In this document: piece after piece, positions 58,035-64,000 of the stretch | Position numbering within the stretch: position 1 is the stretch's first letter | Layout: each line of letters starts with the position of its first letter | Origin: Bacteroidales bacterium | GTDB taxonomy: Bacteria > Bacteroidota > Bacteroidia > Bacteroidales > UBA12077 | DNA: 64,000 nucleotides | Assembly (NCBI GenBank): GCA_036351015.1 | Contig: JAZBOG010000020.1 | Span: 1,305 to 65,304 of the forward strand | Reading direction: 5' to 3' | The notes under the pieces: generated by a model | Told to the model about the DNA's origin: nothing | Seen by the model: the letters and a program-made list of their open reading frames with translations, nothing else | Databases searched by the model: none | Program-made: the position numbers and the translations under genes

Positions 58035-59309
58035 TTACAAAATCATTCCGGCAGCAACCGTCTCATTGGTAGATTCATCGATTAAAATCACACTTCCGGT
58101 TTTCCGGTTCTTGCGATAAGCATCATAAAATATCGGTTTGGTTGTTTTGATTGAAATCTTGGCAATATCATTTAACCCAATGTGCTTATCATCGGGTATA
58201 TTTTCAAGCGTATTTACATCAATCTTATATTTTACATCACGGATAACACAACGTAAATCATTGGTGGTGTGTTTAACGGCATATTTTCCGCCAAGCATCA
58301 TGGGTTTCTCATTAAACCAGCAAATCATCATCTCAATATCCTGACCGGATTTAGGTAATCCGTTGTCTTTAATAAGCAGGTCGCCACGGGAAATATCAAT
58401 ATCATCTTCCAGGGTCAGTGTTACCGACTGGGGTGCAAAAGCCTCTTCCAATTGTCCATTGAATACATCAATCGATTTGATTTTGGATTTTAATCCCGAG
58501 GGTAATACTTTTACAGCATCGCCGGGTTTAAATACGCCTCCTTCGATTCTGCCGGCATATCCCCTGTAATCATGATATTCATCTTTCATGGGGCGAATAA
58601 CATACTGCACCGGGAAACGTGCATCCACGTGATTAATATCACTGGCAATATGGATATTTTCCAACAGGTACATTAAGGTCGGGCCATCGTACCAGCCCAT
58701 ATGTTTAGACCGGTCGACCACATTATCTCCCAGTTTAGCACTTATAGGAACAAATCGAATGTCGTGAACATCAAGCTTAGAGGAGATCTTATCGAAGTCG
58801 GATTTAATCTTTTCGAATCGCTCTTCGCTGAAATCCACCAGGTCCATCTTGTTTACACAAACAATAATATGGGGAATCTGAAGCAGTGAGGCAATAAAAG
58901 CATGACGTAAAGTTTGTTCAATCACTCCGTTCCGCGCATCGATAAGGATCAGTGCAACATTTGCGGTAGATGCCCCGGTTACCATATTCCTGGTATACTG
59001 AACGTGCCCGGGGGTATCGGCAATAATAAATTTCCGTTTGGGAGTAGCAAAATACCGGTAGGCCACATCAATGGTAATTCCCTGCTCACGCTCAGCCCTT
59101 AAACCATCGGTTAACAGGGCCAGATTTACCTCGCCATCACCGGTTTTCAGGCTAGCCTTTTCAATCGACTCCAGCTGATCTTCAAAGATCGCTTTGCTAT
59201 CGAACAACAATCTACCGATTAGGGTACTTTTGCCATCATCAACACTACCTGCGGTAGTAAAACGCAAAAGTTCCATATCCAAATATCCCTTACTAATATC
59301 TTCTGACAT
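58035..59309 (-). CDS. cysN: Sulfate adenylyltransferase subunit 1 (GTPase)
   Basis: 424 aa. G1 GSVDDGKSTLIGRL, G3 DTPGH, G4 NKMD. No fused APS-kinase domain. Confidence 0.9.
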   Translation of the reverse strand: MSEDISKGYLDMELLRFTTAGSVDDGKSTLIGRLLFDSKAIFEDQLESIEKASLKTGDGEVNLALLTDGLRAEREQGITIDVAYRYFATPKRKFIIADTPGHVQYTRNMVTGASTANVALILIDARNGVIEQTLRHAFIASLLQIPHIIVCVNKMDLVDFSEERFEKIKSDFDKISSKLDVHDIRFVPISAKLGDNVVDRSKHMGWYDGPTLMYLLENIHIASDINHVDARFPVQYVIRPMKDEYHDYRGYAGRIEGGVFKPGDAVKVLPSGLKSKIKSIDVFNGQLEEAFAPQSVTLTLEDDIDISRGDLLIKDNGLPKSGQDIEMMICWFNEKPMMLGGKYAVKHTTNDLRCVIRDVKYKIDVNTLENIPDDKHIGLNDIAKISIKTTKPIFYDAYRKNRKTGSVILIDESTNETVAAGMIL

Positions 59310-59315
59310 ACTTTT

Positions 59316-59338
59316 GAAATTTGTAATTTGAAATTTGA
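59316..59338. repeat. Cassette terminal repeat, cysN-proximal (3 x ~GAAATTTG)
   Basis: GAAATTTGTAATTTGAAATTTGA. Its reverse complement matches 59786-59810 at about 17/23 positions. Confidence 0.5.
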
Positions 59339-59364
59339 TTCTGACTAATGTGCCAATTTATATT

Positions 59365-59739
59365 TCAAATTGTTGTTTTATTAATAAATGCATTTAATTT
59401 GGAACCTGGTTCATCAATAAGCCATGCAGACATCTCAATTTTATCACCATAAACAACCTTACGTCTTATTAATTTCTATCACCAGGCTTTGGTTTCTTCA
59501 AACGATCCTTTTGCATGCCTGTAAAACATATTTCTGTCTGCAGAGGCAAATCATCCATAGCTCTGCCTTGCCGGCAGGCAGGCTTCAGCAATATTAGCCG
59601 CAATACTATCCGAAAATCTGATTGTCTGGTAACCCATTGAATTTTGAACTTTAGAAGGCCAAGAATCAAAATCAATCCAGATAATATCGGACAATTTTTC
59701 TGCTAATTTGTAAACATCTGCCCCCTGAACTACATTCAT
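59365..59739 (-). pseudogene. Four-helix-bundle protein (23S rRNA intervening-sequence protein family) with three in-frame stop codons
   Basis: Single-frame conceptual translation: MNVVQGADVYKLAEKLSDIIWIDFDSWPSKVQNSMGYQTIRFSDSIAANIAEACLPARQSYG*FASADRNMFYRHAKGSFEETKAW**KLIRRKVVYGDKIEMSAWLIDEPGSKLNAFINKTTI. It keeps the family motifs (VYK.A, Q.IR...SI.ANIAE, A.GS..ET..W, KLN.FI). Stops are TGA at 59551-59553, TGA at 59479-59481 and TAG at 59476-59478. Confidence 0.7.
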
Positions 59740-59785
59740 TATTTTCTGTTTTACAATTACTAAGACACAAAAAAAATACACGAAA

Positions 59786-59810
59786 CCAATTTCCAATTTC
59801 TAATTTCCAA
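59786..59810. repeat. Cassette terminal repeat, cysD-proximal (3 x ~CAATTTC)
   Basis: CCAATTTCCAATTTCTAATTTCCAA directly abuts the cysD stop codon. Inverted relative to 59316-59338. Confidence 0.5.
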
Positions 59811-60725
59811 CTAAAAATACCCCTCCTTTTTCCTATCTTCCATGGCTGCCTCAGAACGTTTGTCATCATATCTCCCTCCACGTTCAGTAATCCTTGTAGC
59901 AGCTACTTCGGCAATAATATCTTCCAGGGTATTGGCTTTTGATTCAACGGCACCTGTACAGGTCATATCCCCAATGGTTCTGAACCGGATAACTCTCTTC
60001 TCGGGGACTTCATCCTCTTTCAGTTGAACATATTCGCCGGCAGCCAGAATTGTTCCGTCCCGTTCGATCACCTCACGCTCGTGCGAAAAGTACAGGTTAG
60101 GGATCGGTATATTTTCCAGCAGGATATATTGCCATACATCCATCTCGGTCCAGTTACTGATGGGAAAAACCCTGAAATGTTCGCCCATATTTTTTCGCCC
60201 GTTAAAAATATTCCATAATTCGGGCCGCTGGTTTTTCGGATCCCACTGGCCAAATTCATCCCGGTGCGAAAAGAAGCGTTCTTTGGCACGGGCTTTCTCT
60301 TCATCCCGGCGACCTCCACCCATGGCAGCATCAATCTTTAATGCTTCGATGCCATCAAGCAGGGTAATGGTCTGAATCTTATTCCGGCTGGCATTGACCC
60401 CCGTTTCGTCCACAGCCTTCCCCTGGTCAATGGTGTCCTGTACATACCGGACAATCAGTTTAGTTTCCGTGTCTTTCATCAATTGATCCCTGAAATCTAG
60501 CGTTTCCTGGAAATTATGCCCTGTATCGATATGCATCAATGGAAAAGGAACTCTTGCCGGCCAAAAAGCTTTACGGGCCAGATGAAACATTACAATCGAA
60601 TCTTTTCCTCCTGAAAAAAGCATACAGGGATTCTCAAACTGAGCTACCACTTCGCGAATAACATAAATTGACTCAGCCTCTAATTCTCTTAGATGGTTAA
60701 TGTGATATTTATGGTCCATTATCAA
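59811..60725 (-). CDS. cysD: Sulfate adenylyltransferase subunit 2
   Basis: 304 aa. PAPS-reductase-fold motif FSGGKDS and the CysD C-terminal GERGGRYDDK...MEDRKKEGYF pattern. Confidence 0.92.
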   Translation of the reverse strand: MIMDHKYHINHLRELEAESIYVIREVVAQFENPCMLFSGGKDSIVMFHLARKAFWPARVPFPLMHIDTGHNFQETLDFRDQLMKDTETKLIVRYVQDTIDQGKAVDETGVNASRNKIQTITLLDGIEALKIDAAMGGGRRDEEKARAKERFFSHRDEFGQWDPKNQRPELWNIFNGRKNMGEHFRVFPISNWTEMDVWQYILLENIPIPNLYFSHEREVIERDGTILAAGEYVQLKEDEVPEKRVIRFRTIGDMTCTGAVESKANTLEDIIAEVAATRITERGGRYDDKRSEAAMEDRKKEGYF

Positions 60726-60773
60726 TTATTTTTCATGTGTTTATTTTTTATTGTTTTAAGGCCACATGTAATC

Positions 60774-60827
60774 GCATAAGTAAAATAATCATCTTGTTTG
60801 GTATATAAATGTTTATTTTACTTATGC
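60774..60827. repeat. Intercistronic 14-bp perfect inverted repeat between cysC and cysD
   Basis: GCATAAGTAAAATA (60774-60787) pairs with TATTTTACTTATGC (60814-60827), with a 26-nt loop. Confidence 0.5.
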
Positions 60828-60854
60828 TTATTTCAGATAGAGTTGCAAAATTAA

Positions 60855-61454
60855 TCATTTATATTGAATCCTTGGCAATAGAACTTTTAATATTTTATCC
60901 ATGGACTCTTCAACGCTCATTTCCGTTGTTTTTATTTCAACGGCTGGATTTTCAGGCTCTTCGTAAGGTGAGTCAATACCGGTAAAATTTTTGATAATCC
61001 CTGCCCGTGCTTTGGCATACAACCCCTTGATGTCTCTTTGTTCACATACTTCAAGCGGGGTGTTGACATAAATATCAAAAAAATCCTTTTCGCCGATGAT
61101 ATTTTTGGCCTGATTACGAATCTCATGGGTTGGTGAGATAAAACAATTGATCAGAATAACCCCTCCATCCTTAAAAAGTTTCGAAACTTCGGCAATCCGG
61201 CGGATATTTTCTTTCCGGTCGGCTTCCGAAAATCCCAGGTTATTATTGATCCCGGTACGTACATTGTCGCCATCGAGCAACTTGGTCAGGTATCCCCGGT
61301 GATGTAATTCAATCTCAAGAGCTTTAGCAATGGTTGTTTTCCCTGATCCGGATAACCCCGTAATCCAGATCACCAGGGAGTGCTGATTTAAAAGTTTTTC
61401 TTTATCCTCTCGCTTTAGAATTTTATCGAAGGTTGGATGAATATTCTCTTCCAT
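60855..61454 (-). CDS. cysC: Adenylyl-sulfate (APS) kinase
   Basis: 199 aa. P-loop GLSGSGKTT, LDGDNVR, FISP motifs. Confidence 0.9.
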   Translation of the reverse strand: MEENIHPTFDKILKREDKEKLLNQHSLVIWITGLSGSGKTTIAKALEIELHHRGYLTKLLDGDNVRTGINNNLGFSEADRKENIRRIAEVSKLFKDGGVILINCFISPTHEIRNQAKNIIGEKDFFDIYVNTPLEVCEQRDIKGLYAKARAGIIKNFTGIDSPYEEPENPAVEIKTTEMSVEESMDKILKVLLPRIQYK

Positions 61455-61500
61455 TTTCTGCAGAATTAATAATTATGGGCAAAGATAAGAGTATTTGGAT

Positions 61501-61546
61501 AAAAAGAAAAAAGAAAGCAGCATCTACGCTTCAGTAAATGCTGCTT
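61501..61546 (-). terminator. Rho-independent terminator after the C10 peptidase gene
   Basis: AAGCAGCAT/ATGCTGCTT 9-bp stem (61515-61523 / 61538-61546), followed on the minus strand by TTCTTTTTTCTTTTT. Confidence 0.6.
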
Positions 61547-61593
61547 AAAATAAGTTTATCCAAAAAAATCGAGTTCTTTTCCCTAATCCCTGG

Positions 61594-63576
61594 CTAGCGT
61601 TTTAGCACTTTAAATGTTTTCTGGTGTCCGTTTAACAATTCCACATTAACCAGGTATATTCCTGAAGAATAATTCCCTAAATCGATGGTAATGGTGGTAT
61701 TGTTAACCGGATACATATCTTTAACAATCCCGTTAATATCGAATATTTTAATGGTTTTTACGGGTTCTTTTGTTCCGGATACAACCCTAAAAAAGTCGGT
61801 AACAGGATTCGGGAATAATTGAAGGGTATTTTCCGCAATCTTTTCGCCGGCTGATGTATGTGTACCGGTTTGGTTAACCGAGAGGATAATCTCCTTACTT
61901 ACGGTTTCGCCTTTCTTATCCGACGATTGAATATATAACGAACACTCCTCATCCGCATAATCTGTAAAGTCATAATTGGTAAACAGGCTGTCATTCGATA
62001 GGATAAATTTATCATTTTCCCTGCCTATTTCCGGATTTTCATGAACGTCAAACACGTAGGTAAAGGTGTCTATTTCGTCCTCATCAATGGTCTTTAGTTT
62101 GCCTACAAAAGTATGAACCGATACCGTATCGTCAAACTGATCCTTGGTAATGGTAATATCGGTTGGAGCAAAGTTTTCCTTGGTGATCTCAATGGTAAAA
62201 TCCTTGGCAAAGGTATTACCCTCCAGGTCTTGGGCAGTGATTTTAATATATACTTTCTTATAGGTTTCATAATCAATAAGCTCATCAATCTTGAGAGAAT
62301 CTCCATCGATATAAAACGGGCAATAGGGATCATCAAAAACAGAATTGGCACCTTCAACGGTAAGGATATGTTCATCTTCGTCGTCAGGGTCCTGAACAGA
62401 AATTACTGAAGCAACAGATCCCACCGGCAACAACTCCAGGATTTTTGTTTTACTTAACGAAATATCCGTAGGAGAATGATCCCTGGGTTCAATCCCCAGA
62501 ACTGCTGTAGCATTCTGAGAGTAATCAGAACCTCCTGGTGCCAGGTTAGTGATCTGGTAATAACCATTATAGGAACCACTCCATCCCCAGTTTACATGAA
62601 AAGCATCGGCATTATTGTATCCGTCGAGATTATAAGCATGCCCTACATCCACACCGTTGTTTCCGCCATAGGATATGGGTCGCCCCTGGTCCAGTTCACT
62701 TTTTAATAAAGCAATCCAGGCCTGGGTATCGTCGTAGGCACTGGCCCAGTATACTCCGGAGGAATAATCAAAATAATTACGTAATGCTTTGGCGATATCG
62801 CGGGTATAGGCTCCCGAACCATCGGGTCCGAACCCCATTTCAACAGAAACCGCACAATGGTATAGTAATAAGCTGTTGTAATCATCCGGCGAGGTCGTAG
62901 ACATAGAATCCCATTTATATTCAGTTTCTCCATAATTAACCGATAGTAATCCATACCCGTCAGCAGAATAACTCGATTGTCCCACCCCCTGGGCCGGATG
63001 TTCGTATACCGACATGGATTGCGCCATGCTCACAGCTACACATCCCACATATACATGACCTCCCGGTCCATCGGGATCTTCCGGACAGAAACGATTCCAG
63101 CTATTTCCCTGGTTCCATAACACTTGTATAATTGGTGCCACAGAAGCTTTATAATAATCATTACCGGAAGTCTTTAACAAATCCCATTCGGAATTTCGGT
63201 TTATAACCGGACTTATCCCCCGTTTGATGGTTAAAATCTCCTGTTCATAAAAACCGAGCAACTCTTCGAGTTGCGGGGGAATATTCTCCGCATCGTAACT
63301 GCCTTCGTCGGAGTAGCCCAATACTGGTTTTACCCGATAATCATTGGAAAGAATCATAAAATTCTTCTGGTTATCATGTGCGATAAAAAACAAGGTCGTA
63401 TCCTGGTGATGTATCTCCCTGATCGTCATTTGCACCTCTGATTTCAAGTCACTTTTGGCATGAAAAAATCCTTTGGCGATTTGTTCGATATCCGCTCTTT
63501 TCACATCCTGCGCATCTCCCAGCAAGGGTACTGCTAAAACTAAAAAAATAATCAGTATCTTCTTCATTGTCATCAA
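61594..63576 (-). CDS. C10-family (streptopain/SpeB-like) cysteine peptidase with cadherin-like repeats and a T9SS C-terminal sorting domain
   Basis: 660 aa with a signal peptide. Catalytic Cys context VGCVAVSMAQSM and His context VGHAYNLDGY. Two ~95-aa Ig/cadherin-like repeats. C-terminal LQLFPNPVTDFFRV...IYLVNVEL...KVLK matches the type-A T9SS CTD. Confidence 0.8.
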   Translation of the reverse strand: MMTMKKILIIFLVLAVPLLGDAQDVKRADIEQIAKGFFHAKSDLKSEVQMTIREIHHQDTTLFFIAHDNQKNFMILSNDYRVKPVLGYSDEGSYDAENIPPQLEELLGFYEQEILTIKRGISPVINRNSEWDLLKTSGNDYYKASVAPIIQVLWNQGNSWNRFCPEDPDGPGGHVYVGCVAVSMAQSMSVYEHPAQGVGQSSYSADGYGLLSVNYGETEYKWDSMSTTSPDDYNSLLLYHCAVSVEMGFGPDGSGAYTRDIAKALRNYFDYSSGVYWASAYDDTQAWIALLKSELDQGRPISYGGNNGVDVGHAYNLDGYNNADAFHVNWGWSGSYNGYYQITNLAPGGSDYSQNATAVLGIEPRDHSPTDISLSKTKILELLPVGSVASVISVQDPDDEDEHILTVEGANSVFDDPYCPFYIDGDSLKIDELIDYETYKKVYIKITAQDLEGNTFAKDFTIEITKENFAPTDITITKDQFDDTVSVHTFVGKLKTIDEDEIDTFTYVFDVHENPEIGRENDKFILSNDSLFTNYDFTDYADEECSLYIQSSDKKGETVSKEIILSVNQTGTHTSAGEKIAENTLQLFPNPVTDFFRVVSGTKEPVKTIKIFDINGIVKDMYPVNNTTITIDLGNYSSGIYLVNVELLNGHQKTFKVLKR

Positions 63577-63643
63577 TTTTAGGAGGTAAAAATAATAAAT
63601 TCTTCAAAAAAATAACAATTATTTTTTCCCGGGGGATAAAAAA

Positions 63644-63670
63644 AGAAGCTGTCCGTTCCGGACAGCTTCT
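63644..63670 (-). terminator. Rho-independent terminator after the partial upstream gene
   Basis: 12-bp perfect stem AGAAGCTGTCCG/CGGACAGCTTCT with a 3-nt loop, followed by a T-run on the minus strand. Confidence 0.7.
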
Positions 63671-63692
63671 AACATAGGTTATCTAAAGAGAT

Positions 63693-64000
63693 TTATTTTT
63701 TAGGTCCGACTAATGCTTTATCCGAAGGTTTCACATACGACTGATAAAGATCAGGATAAGCCTGCATCTTCGCTTCAAAATCAGTTAAGAAAGCTAAGGC
63801 AATATCAAAGGAGAAGTCGGAATAATCCCAATGTCCAACAGTTATGGTATAGATATCAGGTCTCCATGATTTAACCCATACACCATAATCATCATAATCA
63901 GAATTACCTGTAACATCACCTAAGGTAACATCCAGTAATTGCTCGCTGCAGGTAATCGTACCGTCGGCATGGAACTGGAACTTGGCTGTAATTCCCCAGG
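63693..64000 (-). CDS. Partial CDS (C-terminal ~100 aa), unknown function
   Basis: Open to the window edge. My translation ends ...GHWDYSDFSFDIALAFLTDFEAKMQAYPDLYQSYVKPSDKALVGPKK. The stop at 63693-63695 is followed by a strong terminator. Confidence 0.5.
   Translation of the reverse strand, partial: WGITAKFQFHADGTITCSEQLLDVTLGDVTGNSDYDDYGVWVKSWRPDIYTITVGHWDYSDFSFDIALAFLTDFEAKMQAYPDLYQSYVKPSDKALVGPKK

Noticed and set aside
59476-59553. Stop-codon recoding (TGA or TAG read as sense) to rescue the four-helix-bundle gene
   Set aside because: Well-supported neighbouring genes terminate at these same codons, for example cysD at TAG (59811-59813) and phoH at TGA (34186-34188). Two of the internal stops are adjacent (TGA TAG). 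Pseudogenisation is the simpler reading.
59469-59881. Track ORFs 59469-59675, 59551-59796 and 59672-59881 as three separate small genes
   Set aside because: 59551-59796 is the N-terminal fragment of the four-helix-bundle pseudogene, extended upstream into non-homologous sequence. The other two are out-of-frame shadows, and one overlaps the cysD 3' end.
1-64000. Defence island, prophage, integrative element, CRISPR array, tRNA or rRNA genes
   Set aside because: I recognised no integrase, transposase, recombinase, phage structural gene, restriction-modification or toxin-antitoxin gene, no regularly spaced direct repeats, and no tRNA-like cloverleaf sequence in any intergenic region I read. The only mobile-looking units are the small repeat-bounded elements reported above.

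Overview
Visibly AT-rich, densely coding chromosomal segment with Bacteroidota hallmarks: a T9SS C-terminal sorting domain, DUF1573, a long-form NusB in a nusB-DUF1573-yajC-YbbR-coaE block, fused FeoA-FeoB, and TAnnTTTG-type -7 boxes. I call about 56 protein-coding genes, most of them housekeeping: purC, phoH, mazG, coaE, yajC, nusB, feoB, argF, arcC, ftsK, lolA, pgpH-like and cysC-cysD-cysN. I saw no rRNA, tRNA, CRISPR array, transposase, integrase or phage genes. Four regions stand out. (1) 1454-6968 is a compact Che-like operon (receiver, 603-aa coiled-coil orphan, STAS, CheY, CheA, CheW) with no recognisable MCP, CheR or CheB. (2) 13425-19997 is a NuoE-like / NuoF-like / 1234-aa fusion operon. 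In the fusion, a GltD/NfnB-type FAD-NAD(P)H module is inserted into a NuoG-type Fe-S scaffold whose molybdopterin domain lacks the catalytic Cys/Sec. A rubredoxin-less erythrin gene follows. This is a candidate uncharacterised flavin-based bifurcating or transhydrogenase-type complex. (3) 59316-59810 is a cassette between cysD and cysN, bounded by 23-nt imperfect inverted repeats. It carries a full-length but triple-nonsense four-helix-bundle (23S rRNA IVS protein family) gene. (4) 57704-57936 is a GC-rich, highly structured ~230-bp intergenic element that shares an 18-nt GC palindrome with that cassette. Smaller observations include a perfect 8-4-8 palindrome over the feoAB promoter, an untracked 55-aa FeoB-associated Cys-rich gene, several unusually long hairpins, and a radical SAM protein with CX4CX2C spacing. 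All functional calls rest on motif recognition by eye, with no database search.
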